The notes below the pieces were generated by a model. That model was not told the DNA's origin. It worked only from the letters and a program-made list of their open reading frames with translations, and did no database searches. Shown piece by piece: positions 40,212-52,830 of a stretch of DNA of 64,000 bases; position 1 is the stretch's first letter; each line of letters starts with the position of its first letter. The DNA lies in assembly GCF_006345805.1 (NCBI RefSeq), contig NC_043003.1:61504001-61568000 (forward strand), written 5' to 3'. A program made the position numbers and the translations under genes. The DNA is from Octopus sinensis (taxonomy: Eukaryota).

Positions 40212-41096
40212 AGGCTTCTTACAGTTTCCATCTTCCAAATCCAATCACATGGCTTTGGTCAGCTCAAGGCAATAGTAGAGGACACTTAACCCAAAGTGCC
40301 ACTCCGTGGGACAGAACCTGCAACCATGTGCTTAGGAAGCAAACACATCTATGCCTGTACCTATACACACACACACTCTCACACAAACACACTCACATAC
40401 ACTCACATGCACATACACATACATACACACATGCATGTATACATACATACACACACACACTCACACACTCACACAAACACAAATACGCATACACTCACAT
40501 GCACACACACATGAACACACATACACACATACACACACACTCACACAAACACACAAATACACACACACTCACATGCACACATAAACACACACACACACAT
40601 AAGAAAATAAGATGAAAAGAAATAAATGATCATCTTATGAAGTACATTAGATGATTGCTTATGTTTTTTGTCATCTCATTTCCTTATTACTGCTCTGTAC
40701 TCAACTTGCATCTTCTATTATAGCCCTAGGTCGACCAAAAGTGGATTTTGTAGATGAAAACTGAAAACCTATCATATTCCTTTATTTCTTTAATTGTTCA
40801 TGTCATTTGACTGTGGCAATGCAGGAGCGTTGCCTTGAAGGGATTTAGTCGAACAAATCGAGACCCGAGGACATATTTGTTAAGCCTAGTACTTATTCTA
40901 TGATCTGTGTAAGCATTCAACTTGTTTGGGCACACTTACATTACAAAACAATTTTAGAATGACTTTTTCCTGTGAAAATGCTAAAAGTAACTGAACAAAA
41001 AAAAAAAAACAAGCAAGATTCAACCAAATAAAAAAATAAACCCAACTACTAAGCAAACAAAGATGAACCATCATACTTCCATTGCACACACACACT

Positions 41097-41155
<59 letters not shown>

Positions 41156-41465
41156 ACATACACACATATATTCACACAGAGTTGAAACGCTATTTGATTT
41201 ATTTTCTTCAGCATACAATTTTCATCATCCCACTACCAAGTATGAAATTACCCCTTCCTTCCTTATTCATCTATTAGCCCTTCTCTTCTCATTCATAAAC
41301 ACAAGTAGATTATCTTGGTAACTATGGGAGCAATGAAAAAATACAAAGCCCAGCAATACCACCAGATTCTACACATCTGTGTAATTTTTCATGCAATTCC
41401 ATGCATCCGTTTGACCGTGAATCCCAAGACTAGAAAGAATCGCCCATGTCAAATTTATATGTATG

Positions 41466-41535
<70 letters not shown>

Positions 41536-41901
41536 ATATATATCTGTTGAGTAAACCTATCAATATATATATATTTGTGTATGTATAATTGTTAAAGAAG
41601 GTATATATATATATATATTGGAAATCTGCAATGGCCCCATAACTACCATCTTGGCTAAAGTCTTGGAGACCTAGTAATCTGTTACAATGCTTATCTAGCA
41701 TACCTAATCATTTAGATCACCTTTGAACTAAACCCCCATATTTTATTTATATGTGTATGCATGTATATATACACATACATACATACATACATATATATAT
41801 TTAAAATAATAAGAGTGAAAAATTGAATATTAATTTGATTAATATCAATTTAAAACCAGTGGTCTAGCATATTAAAATCTGAAGATTCAGAAAAATTATA
41901 T

Positions 41902-42129
41902 TACATACATATAAGAGGGATGATCACTACATGGACATCCATTATGCTAAAAGTAGATCCACTATGGTCTTACCACTAAGAAAGGAATGTTCTCAAGAAA
42001 ATTTAGCAAACGTTCTGGCGTTTCCTAAATTTTCTTGAGAACATTCCTTTCTTAGTGGTAAGACCATAGTGGATCTACTTTTAGCATAATGAATGTCCAT
42101 GTAGTGGTCATCCCTCTTATATGTGTGTA
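41902..42129. repeat. Near-perfect palindrome, 111-bp arms and 6-nt loop
   Basis: Base-by-base pairing of 41902-42012 with 42019-42129 shows about four non-Watson-Crick positions. Confidence 0.95.
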
Positions 42130-42245
42130 TATATATATAGATTCAAATGAAAATGGTACCTAAGTTGATACACCAGAATTTAGTATGGTATTATCCATAC
42201 AATTTCAAAATAAGGTGATTAAAATCAAAATAAGCAACAAGAGAC

Positions 42246-42376
42246 GTAATGCAGTACGATCGTTTCATGCAACTCCATTTAATTGAACAATGCAATCATG
42301 CTCTACATTTTAAATTGATGTAGTGATTGCATTGTTCAATTAAATGGAGTTGCATGAAACGATTGTACTGCATTAC
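42246..42376. repeat. Inverted repeat with 53-bp arms (MITE-like)
   Basis: GTAATGCAGTACGATCG...TGCAATCA pairs with TGATTGCA...GTACTGCATTAC; one mismatch. Confidence 0.9.
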
Positions 42377-42628
42377 CTCCAGATATCCTTGTTCCTTATT
42401 TTGATATATATATATATACACACACATAGACATTCCTAACACCAACTGCTTTGTATAGTGATTTATATTAGGAAGGGCATCCAGCTGTAGAAACCATGCC
42501 AAAGCTGACGGTACAGCTTGGCACTCTCTTCTGGCTTGCAAAACCATCTAACCCATACCACATCATGGAAGACAAATGTTAAATGATGATAGTGACTATG
42601 ATGATGATCATTATCACCACCACCACCG

Positions 42629-42664
<36 letters not shown>

Positions 42665-42675
42665 CCGTCGTGTCA

Positions 42676-42910
42676 TGTAAGATAATGTATTGAGTTTATA
42701 TTAAGAAAGATTAAAAAATGTCAATAAGTATGTTGTCGAAAATGTGTAAAATACGATCTGTGTGCAAAGGTCGCCATATAATTATATACTAACGATATAT
42801 AACAATTATAACAATTGCATTGTAGCTTAGCCATTGTAGCGATTAAAAACAAATATGGTCTGTTGTATTTGCTTTGTGATTATTTTGCAATAAAGAAATA
42901 GACAATTACA
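42676..42910 (+). mobile_element. Possible solo LTR
   Basis: Begins TGTAA, ends TTACA, AATAAA about 20 nt before the end; no clear TSD. Confidence 0.35.
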
Positions 42911-43077
42911 CATTATTAGGTATCGATGTCTTTCATCGCACACCTGTGACTTATTAACTTGCTACAGAACCTCGTAGCATCTGTGAGCTAGGAAAGATAT
43001 ATTGTTGTAGAGTAACAATAACCAGGTCAAAGATGAAATGCTTTGATAGTAAATAATGTACATTACTACTACTATTT

Positions 43078-43109
<32 letters not shown>

Positions 43110-43341
43110 GTTATTATTAAGGTGGCGAACTGATGGAATCGTTAGTACGCTGGACCAAAATCCTTAGTGGCATTTCGTCCGTCTTTACATTCTGAGTTCC
43201 AACTCTGCCAAGGTCAACTTTGCCTTTCATCCTTTTGGGGTTGATAAATTAAGTACCAGTGAAACACTGGGGGTGGGGGGTCAATGCAATCGACTAGTCT
43301 CCTTCCTCTAAATTTCAGGCAGTGTGCCTTTAATAGAAAGG

Positions 43342-43430
<89 letters not shown>

Positions 43431-43433
<3 letters not shown>

Positions 43434-43806
43434 GCTTTTACTCTTTTACTTGTTTCCGTCATTTGACTGCGGCCATGCTGGAGCACTGCCTTTTAGTCAA
43501 GCAAATCAACCCCAGGACTTATTCTTTGGAAACCTAGTACTTATTCTATCGGTCTCTTTTGCTGAACCACTAAGTTACAAAGATGTAAATACACCAGTAT
43601 CGGTTGTCAAGCGATGTTGCGGGGACAAACACAGACACACAAACATATACACACACATACATATATACGACAGGCTTCTTTCAGTTTCCATCTACCAAAT
43701 CCACTCACAAGGCTTTGGTCGGCCAAGGCTATAGTTCAGTGAGAATGAACCCGGAATCATGTGGTTGGTAAGCAAGCTACTTACTACACAGCCACTCCTG
43801 CACCTA

Positions 43807-43898
<92 letters not shown>

Positions 43899-44271
43899 GC
43901 TTTTACTCTTTTACTTGTTTCCGTCATTTGACTGCGGCCATGCTGGAGCACTGCCTTTTAGTCAAGCAAATCAACCCCAGGACTTATTCTTTGGAAACCT
44001 AGTACTTATTCTATCGGTCTCTTTTGCTGAACCACTAAGTTACAAAGATGTAAATACACCAGTATCGGTTGTCAAGCGATGTTGCGGGGACAAACACAGA
44101 CACACAAACATATACACACACATACATATATACGACAGGCTTCTTTCAGTTTCCATCTACCAAATCCACTCACAAGGCTTTGGTCGGCCAAGGCTATAGT
44201 TCAGTGAGAATGAACCCGGAATCATGTGGTTGGTAAGCAAGCTACTTACTACACAGCCACTCCTGCACCTA

Positions 44272-44275
<4 letters not shown>
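43431..44275 (-). repeat. Tandem duplication (465-bp period) of a family-B SINE plus flanking (ATT)n(ACT)n
   Basis: Units starting at 43431 and 43896 appear identical, including a private internal deletion. Confidence 0.9.
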
Positions 44276-44324
<49 letters not shown>

Positions 44325-45473
44325 TGTTTGACTTTTGCTTTATATTTGTACAAGTTGGCTCCAAGTCTCACCCAGAGACCTCAAGAGACAACAGGTTGGA
44401 AGTTCATGTTGTTGTTATGCCTAGTGTGCCATATATTTGGCGGGGGGGGGGGGGTTGTGGTGTTGTACTAATAAACGTCTAAAAAAAAAATTATTATTAT
44501 TATTATTATTATAATCACAAAAGAAAAAATTAAGAATATAACAAACAGTAGATGTGTATTTCTAATAACTCATAATGCAATTGTTATGGTGTGAGCAAAT
44601 TCACTTGCAACAGAAGTGCAAGTCAGGAATGGGAAATATAATTAAACTAGCTGGCAAACACACACACATTCACATATCTCCCTTTTACATACACACACAT
44701 ATACTCACATAGCGTTGAAACGCTCCCACTACTAAGTTTACCATCACCCCTTCCTTCCTTATTCCTCTATCACTCCTTCCTTTTTCATTCATGTGCTGTG
44801 ACAGAGAAAAACTTAAGAGTATTATTATAGTAAATAATTACCAATAAACACTCACATACACACACACAGATTCTGAATTCAATCACTCAACCTGCAAGAG
44901 ATAGCTGCCAGTTCTCTCTCACATCACACCTTCCTATCATTTCCATTCGCTTCCTCTCCTCCTCCTCCTCCTCATCATCATCATCATCATCATCACACCA
45001 CCACCATCATCATTGCCAACTCTTACCAGGTGCAGGAGTGGCTGTGTGGTAAGTAGCTTGCTTACCAAACATATGGTTCCTGGTTCATTCCCACTGTGTG
45101 GTGCCTTGGGCAAGTGTCTTCTGCTATAGCCTCAGGCTGACCAAAGCTTTGTGAGTGGATTTGGTAGACAGAAACTGAAAGAAGCCTGTCATATATATGT
45201 ATATATGTATATATATATATGTATGTGTGTGTATATGTTTGTGTCTTTGTTTGTCCTCCAACATTGCTTGACAACTGATGGTGGTGTATTTACGTCCCCG
45301 TAACTTAGCAATTTGGCAAAAGAGACTGCTAGAATAAGTACTAGACTTCCAAGGAAGCTTATCCAAAGAATAAGTCCTGGGGTCAATTTGCTCGACTAAA
45401 GGTGGTGCTCCAGTATAGCCACAGTCAAATGACTGAAATTAGTAAAAGAGTAAAAGAGTAAAGAAAGAGTGAC

Positions 45474-45504
<31 letters not shown>

Positions 45505-46208
45505 CTACCGCCACCACCAGCACTAGTGAGGGTGCTTTATGCTTCATAAGACCAAGGAATTCTTGCAACTCCATAGTTTTCCATTGTCTTGAACATTGCT
45601 TGTCCTACACAAGCGATGTTCGAGAAAATAACTGGATGGTCATGGTTGGAATGCCATCATATGTCTACTCACTCAAATCATATCTTACAGAAGATGAGAT
45701 GCTCACAGAGGAAAAACACAATCTTTAAAGGTCTGAGGCTTACAACAACAATGTTCAGGTATATTGAGATTTACGTTCCACAGTCTCCTCCACTGAATTG
45801 GTGAGCAAGCCAACATTCCCTCTGAATGGGATGCCAGTTCATTGCAGAATTACTCATTTGCTGCTTTACAGCTGCGTGGACTGTGGCAACATGAAATGAA
45901 GAGTTTTGCTCTGGGAATTGAAACCACAATCTCATGGTTATGAGTGCAACATGCCTAACCAATAGGCCATGCACCTTCACTCACTCACACTGACACTCAC
46001 ACACACACATACACTGGAGTGGTTGGTGTTAGGAAGGGCATCGAGCTGTAAAATCCCTGCCAAAATAGATACAGTAGCCTAGGGTGGTTTTTCTGCCTGG
46101 CCAGCTCCTGTCAGCCATCCTACCCATGCATGCATGGAAGATGGATGTTAAACGATGATGATGATGATGATGATGATATGCATATATATATATATGTGTG
46201 TGTGTGTG

Positions 46209-46239
<31 letters not shown>

Positions 46240-46263
46240 TGTATTTAGGAATGGTCATATATA

Positions 46264-46299
<36 letters not shown>

Positions 46300-46682
46300 T
46301 AAATAAAGATAGAACATTCATACTCATGAAAGACAATGTTAGCGGCTGCAAGCTCAAACCATATGGGCAAAATTAATAGATATTTATAAAAGAATTATAT
46401 ATAACAAGTGTGGGTTTTTTAAAAAAAAAAAACACCATCTTTGCTAAAAATAGGTGTCAAAACAATCTGAAACCACAAAACTTAACACTATATTTTCATA
46501 GGCATGTGAAAAAAACCCAAAAAAACAAAGTGGAATAAGGATTGCATCTTTCCTCTGCAAAATTGCAAGAAGGAATGTCAGCTAATTTGATATCATGATT
46601 TCAAATTTAGCGCCAAAATATGCTTGATTCTCCTGAGCCAAGTCTACTAATAACAAACTCTTATATAGTTCTATATAAGAGT

Positions 46683-46780
46683 TAACACAACATTTTGGCT
46701 GATATACCCTCCAGCCTTCATCAGTTGTTTTGGGGAAATTTCAAACCTGGGTTCTCATTCCTAAGGTATTTTTCGATGTC
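46683..46780 (-). mobile_element. Third, partial copy of the Penelope-linked hammerhead module
   Basis: Reverse strand reads GACATCGAAAAATACCTTAGGAATGAGAACCCAGG...CTGATGAAGGCTGGAGGGTATATCAGCCAAAATGTTGTGTTAAC. Confidence 0.75.
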
Positions 46781-47925
46781 AATCATCAAATTTGATTTCG
46801 ATTTCGATTTCACTTGCCTCAACAGGTCTTCGCAAGCAGAGTTTAGTGTCCAGTGAAGAAAGGTACGCATAAGTGGGCTGGTTACACCCCTGGCATAGGC
46901 CACAAATTATGGTTTCACTTGGCTTTCTGGGTCTTCTCAAGCACATCATATTTCCAAAGGTCTCTGTCACTAATCATTGCCTCAGTGAGCCCTAATGTTC
47001 GAAGGTTGTGCTTCACCACCTCGTCCCAGGTCTTCCTGGATCTACCTCTTCCACAAGTTCCCTCAACCACTAGGGTGTGGCACTTTTTCGCACAGCTATT
47101 CTCATCCATTCTTGCCACATGACCATATGAGCGCAGTTGTCTCTCTTGCACACCATGTCTGATGCTCCTTAGGTCCAACTTTTCTCTCAAGGTACTAACA
47201 TTTTGTCGAGTATGCACACTGACATTACACATCCAGCAGAGCATACTGGCTTCATTCCTTGCAAGCTTACGCATGTCCTCAGCAGTCATGGCCCATGTTT
47301 CACTGCCATGTAGCATGGCTGTTCATACACATGCATCATACAGTCTACCTTTTACTCTGAGCGAGAGGCCCTTTGTAACCAGCAGAAGTAAGTGCTCTCT
47401 AACTTTGCTCAGGTTATTCTTATTCTAGTAGCTACACTTTCAGTGCACCCTCCCCCGCTACTGACTTGGTCACCAAGGTAACAGAAGCTATCAATTACTT
47501 CTAGTTTTTCCCCCTGGAATGTGACAGAAGTTGTTCTCTGCACATTTTCAGTGTTTATTGCTCCTGACCATCTGCCACATACAAAAACTATCTTCCCAGT
47601 TAGCCTTCCTTTGATATCACTGCACCTCTTATGTGTCCATAGCTTACACTGGGTACATCTTATAGAGTTTCTACCTACCCTTTTTCTACAGATCGAGTAG
47701 GGCCGTCTACCTGAAGGGATTTGTGGTTTGCCTGCCTTCCTACTTATTAGGACTTTGGTTTTAGCTAGGTTGACTCTAAGGCCCTTCAATTCTAATCCTT
47801 GTTTCCACACTTGAAACTTCTCCTCTAGTTCTGATAGTGACTCAGCAATTAGAGGAAGGTCGTCAGCATAGAGGAGCTCCCAGGGGCATCCTGTCTTGAA
47901 TTCCTCAGTTATTGCCTGTGAATTC

Positions 47926-47930
<5 letters not shown>
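46781..47930 (-). mobile_element. 5'-truncated RTE-clade LINE (RT C-terminal half, thumb region, start of 3' UTR)
   Basis: GCPWELLYADDL RT motif, GLRVNLAKTKVL, FCYLGD, MLHGSETW, GRGRSRKTW, DRDLWK; a frame disruption separates the two ORF pieces. Confidence 0.92.
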
Positions 47931-47967
<37 letters not shown>

Positions 47968-47983
47968 CATACACATGAAGTGG

Positions 47984-48200
47984 GAGGGGAGGCTGAAAAT
48001 TGTTCCTGGATTTGGATAAAAGCAAATACAGGAGGATCAGTTAATTATGATTATATTTAACATATTCCCTTCTCAGGTTCACACAGTTATTTTAGTGGTC
48101 CTTCAGTTTTTCAAAGCCTTGTAAAAGAACTCGGAAGGTTGACCCTTCAACCAGACATTTCACGATGCCCTTAAAACCAGGAACTTTACAGCACTCCTCT
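47984..48200 (-). mobile_element. Internally deleted mariner-like element (MITE)
   Basis: Imperfect TIRs (GAGGGGAGGCTGAAAATTGTTCCTGG / CCAGGAACTTTACAGCACTCCTC); decayed transposase C-terminus GFEKLKDH*NNCVNLRREYVK on the minus strand. Confidence 0.55.
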
Positions 48201-48233
48201 CATCTGTGTGTGTGTGTACATTGACACACACAT

Positions 48234-48267
<34 letters not shown>

Positions 48268-48269
<2 letters not shown>

Positions 48270-48735
48270 CTCTTGTGTTGATGATTACATTGAAAGTGTT
48301 TATGATATGGTCCTGTTGAGCAGACAGATGATTATCGATGAAGTGGTAATTAATATGCAAAATAGCTGTCATGATTCCATGATTCTAATTATGAAATCAT
48401 CCATAGCAGACTTGCTTTTAGTTTACGTAAGATGGAACCCCAAGGTAACTCACAGAATTGTACAAAGAAAACTGATTTGAAATCTGCCAACATCTTCCGA
48501 TTCACTAAAGTCATGAAGGTGACACCATTTTGGAACGAAAAATATCATCAGTGGTAATGAAATATGATTGCACCACTATACACTTGGGAATAAATGCCAA
48601 AGGAGGGACTGGAAACATCTGCAACTACCTGTGGGAAAAAGTTCAAACTTCAACCAAGCAGGTAAACTATGTCTACTGTATTTTGATGGGACCCACAGGG
48701 ACCAATGCTGAAGCATTGTTTGAAGAGATACACAA
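48268..48735 (+). mobile_element. Decayed mariner transposase fragment (HTH to first catalytic Asp region)
   Basis: IESVYDMVLLSRQMIIDEV...VRWNPK, EICQHL..HEGD, a GDETW-like block followed by LHHY, and a AGKLxxTVFW.QGP-like segment. Confidence 0.65.
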
Positions 48736-48899
48736 AAGTAAAAAAAATGGAATGAGACAACTGGGTGTAGCTGTTTGAATCCTGATGATTTGGCTCGGCT
48801 GACTGGATGTGTGAATGGGTTTGATGACAGTACTTTTTAGCACTGGAGGCAAACAGTCACACACACACATGCAAGGAGGAATACACACTTATAGATAAA

Positions 48900-49050
48900 A
48901 AGAGGGAGAGAGAGAGAGGGAGAGAAACAGAAAGACAGAAAAGAAACATTATAATTTATTAATTGAACACAATTGACATACGCACTTTCCCTTGTCTCAT
49001 ACTCTTACAGAGACATGTGCTTACACACATATAAAAAGAATATGAGAGAA

Positions 49051-49091
<41 letters not shown>

Positions 49092-49290
49092 AAAATGGAT
49101 AGACAGACAGACAGAGACAGAGAGATAAAGAGAAGGACAGAGACAGTCAAAAGAAAGAGAGAGATAGAGAGAGAGGAGAGATAGAGAGAGAGGAGAGACA
49201 GAACAACAGGCAGACAGAGACAGAGACAGACACAAAGACAGACATATAGAGAGGAGAGAGAAAGCCAGAGAAACATAATAGTAGAGAGAA
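48900..49290. repeat. (AG)n/(AGAC)n purine-rich tract
   Basis: Directly visible. Confidence 0.9.
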
Positions 49291-49309
49291 ATGTTGGTTT
49301 CAAGTTTTG

Positions 49310-49890
49310 GAGGAGGATCCAAGTTGATTAATCAACCCCAGTCTTCAACTGGTGCTTATTTTATCAACCCTGAAAAGATGAAAGGTAAAGCTGACTCTGG
49401 TGGCATTTGAACTCAGGAAGTAAAGTCAGAAGAAATGCCACTAAACATTTTTCCTAGATGTGATGACATTCTTATTTCTTTATTGCCCACAAGGGGCTAA
49501 ACCCAGAGGGGACAAACAAGGACAGAAAAACGGATTAAGTCGATTACATCGACCCCAGTGCATAACTGATACTTAATTTATCGACCCTGAAAGGATGAAA
49601 GGCAAAGTTGACCTCGGCAGAATTTGAACTCAGAACATAATGGCACACAAATACCTATTTCTTTATTGCCCACAAGGGGCTAAACCCAGAGGGGACAAAC
49701 AAGGACGGACACATGGATTAAGTCATTTACATCGACCCCAGTGCGTAACTGGTACTTATTTAATCAACCCCGAAAAGATGAAAGGCAAAGTCGACCTCAG
49801 CGGAATTTGAACTCAGAACGTAACAGCAGACGAAATACGGCTACACATTTCACCCGGCGTGCTAATGTTTCTGCCAGCTCACTGCCTTAG
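49310..49890 (-). mobile_element. SINE family A trimer
   Basis: Three successive central domains with two tails at about 49473 and 49656. Confidence 0.8.
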
Positions 49891-49969
49891 TAGAGAGAAT
49901 ATTAAAAAGTCTGATGTCAAAGAAGTCAGTATCAAATCAATAATGCCAAATTGATTGAGCCAAAACGAC

Positions 49970-50335
49970 CATACACAGTAAATAGTGTCATTTATACCAA
50001 GATGTCATATGATTGGCAAATGCCTGTAATTTGAAGTTAATGCCAAGGACTATTCTCAAAAGGTGTTTTGTTGTTGTTATATAATAATACCCATCAGCAT
50101 AATATTGCACATATACACTCTTGAAATTCTCCAAAAATAGAAATTTAAGGTATTGGAGCATTCGGTGTGTAATCCTCATACTTGGTTCACTGAATTATTC
50201 TTTGTTTTTTCCTCTCAAAGATGCCTTAAGAGGCACTGATTCACCATAGAAAAAGAATTGAAGAACTCTGAGGACATGAAGAAGCTTGTGCCAAGAGGAT
50301 CTAAGAGTGTTGAAAAACAAGGAACTATGTTGGGA
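49970..50335 (+). mobile_element. Decayed mariner transposase fragment (catalytic core and C-terminus)
   Basis: TVNSVIY...GLFSKGVLLLLYNNTHQH (HDNARPH-like), KVLEH (YSPDL region), PLKDALRG, MKKLVPR..KSVEKQG. Confidence 0.65.
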
Positions 50336-51269
50336 AATTATTAGTAGAACTATTAACAGCTCTCTTGCTGTTGTCATACATTTTTAATAAAAATAATTAA
50401 TGAGAAGTAAGAGAAAAAAAAATACAGATCACTGAATGCTGCCCCTCTTTTGAGACAAGCAGAAACCAGTATGGTCATGCTTACATAATAATAACAATAA
50501 TTTAATTGACATTTCAGGTTCTGTCATTGTGTGTGTGTGGGGGGGGGGCGCATACGTGCATGTGTGTACCAATACAAAATCATCAGCATTTAACATCCAT
50601 TTTCCATGCTGGCATGGGTTGGACAGCTTGATGGGAACTATCAAGGCCAAGAGCCACAACAGGTTCCATATTCTGTTTTGGCATGGTTTTTATGGCTGGA
50701 TGCCCTTCCTAATGCTAACCACTTTACAAAGTGTACCGGTTGCTTTTTACATGGCACACCAGTACTTCTTAATGTGGCATCATCACCCACACCAATACTT
50801 CTTGTGTGGCACTTTGGTTTTAGGATACCAATTCTGTTGTGGTGGGCAGGTTATCTTGAGTACTGCAATGCGCCACATATCTCGGCCCTTTATCATTTCC
50901 TTCAGTATTTTGAGATCAGCCTTCAATACTTTGTCCCTTGTTTCCTGGGTCTTCCTCTTCTACAACTTCCCCCTCTATACTTTAAGTGATTGGCAGGAAA
51001 ACCATTCGTAAGTGCTTTGTAGATAATTAATCACTCAAACTGAAATGTACATCATCATCATTTAAAATATTTATATATTCCAATGTGCGTGTGTGTATAA
51101 TATATATATATATATATATGTATATATAATGCATATATGCACAATGCCAAAACAGACAAGTAAGTCATGGTCTCCTGACTTGTGAGTTACTTGGACCATA
51201 ACAACCCATGCAACACATACCAGCGAGAAAATCGGACTGGAATAATGGTGATGATGATGATATATGCAT

Positions 51270-51345
51270 ACATGCATATATATACGTATAAATGTATGAA
51301 TGTATGTATACGGGAGTGTGTATGTACTATTTATGTATATTTATG

Positions 51346-51377
<32 letters not shown>

Positions 51378-51500
51378 CATACATATATTTATTTATACAT
51401 ACATACACACATATATCATCATCATTTGTACATATATATATATAATGGTTATATACATATATATATACATACACATACACACATATATATCATCATCATT

Positions 51501-51547
<47 letters not shown>

Positions 51548-51667
51548 TTATATATATATATACACATATTCGTGCATATATAAATTTATGTATATATATG
51601 TACACACAAATACATGTACATATACACATATATACATATATATATGCATATGCATACACATATACAT

Positions 51668-51700
<33 letters not shown>

Positions 51701-52357
51701 GTATATATGGATATACCTCACACATGCCCACATATATAGAAATATTTACATATATAATATGCACACACACACACACACACACACATACATACATCCTTTA
51801 GTTCTTATATATTACCAATATTGTCTATTTAATTTTCCATACTGATATGATATAATTTGGCTCTCCTCCACGTACCTGTAGATCAGGTATACAGAGTGCT
51901 GCCCTGATTGCATTGTATATGACGATAAATATTCATTCGAAGATGTATATCACTGGAACAAGCACTTTTCAACTAGACACAGTTTGGGGCAGTACCAAAT
52001 ACAAATGTCTAAATTTGGAGTGGTGCCATTCCATCCCAATATGTTCATAAAATGAATATTCTATGGTATATGCATGCATACAAACTGATGTATATGTCTA
52101 TGTGTTTATCTGTGTGTGTGTGTGTGTATTTGTTTGTGTGTGCGTGTGTTTGTGTGTGTGTGTGTGCATATAATTACGTGCAAGAAAACACACACACCCA
52201 CACATACATACTTGCATATATTTGTGCTTATGTCTATGTATTTCAAAAAATGTGTGAGTGTGTGTGTATGAACACATCTATGAATATTTAATCACATAAA
52301 AATCATGTTCTTACAACTACATATTTATACTTATACAAATATATACAGATACTTGCA

Positions 52358-52425
<68 letters not shown>

Positions 52426-52592
52426 TACATATATATACACACACATATACATATATACACACACATGCACACACATATGCATACATGTATGTATATGGAT
52501 ATACCTATGCACATGCACACATATATAGAAATATACACACATACATACACACACATATATATATATGTATACATATATGTATGTATATATAT

Positions 52593-52684
<92 letters not shown>

Positions 52685-52830
52685 CAAATATTTATACATA
52701 CATACACATATATATATATATAAATATACATGCAACTATCTTATACACACACACATGCACACATGCATACACATGCCCTCACAGACACAGACATATACTC
52801 ACACACGTGGACATGTGCATATATATACAC
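51270..52830. repeat. Compound (TA)n/(CA)n/(GA)n microsatellite field
   Basis: Directly visible, with one unique island at about 51800-52060. Confidence 0.9.

Noticed and set aside
48268-50335. Two mariner fragments as one element split by SINEs
   Set aside because: Both appear to cover the TVN region, so they overlap and more likely come from separate copies.
51870-52060. Unique island with a good minus-strand donor (CAG|GTACGT)
   Set aside because: All three minus-strand frames contain stops within about 90 nt upstream of the donor; no recognisable peptide.
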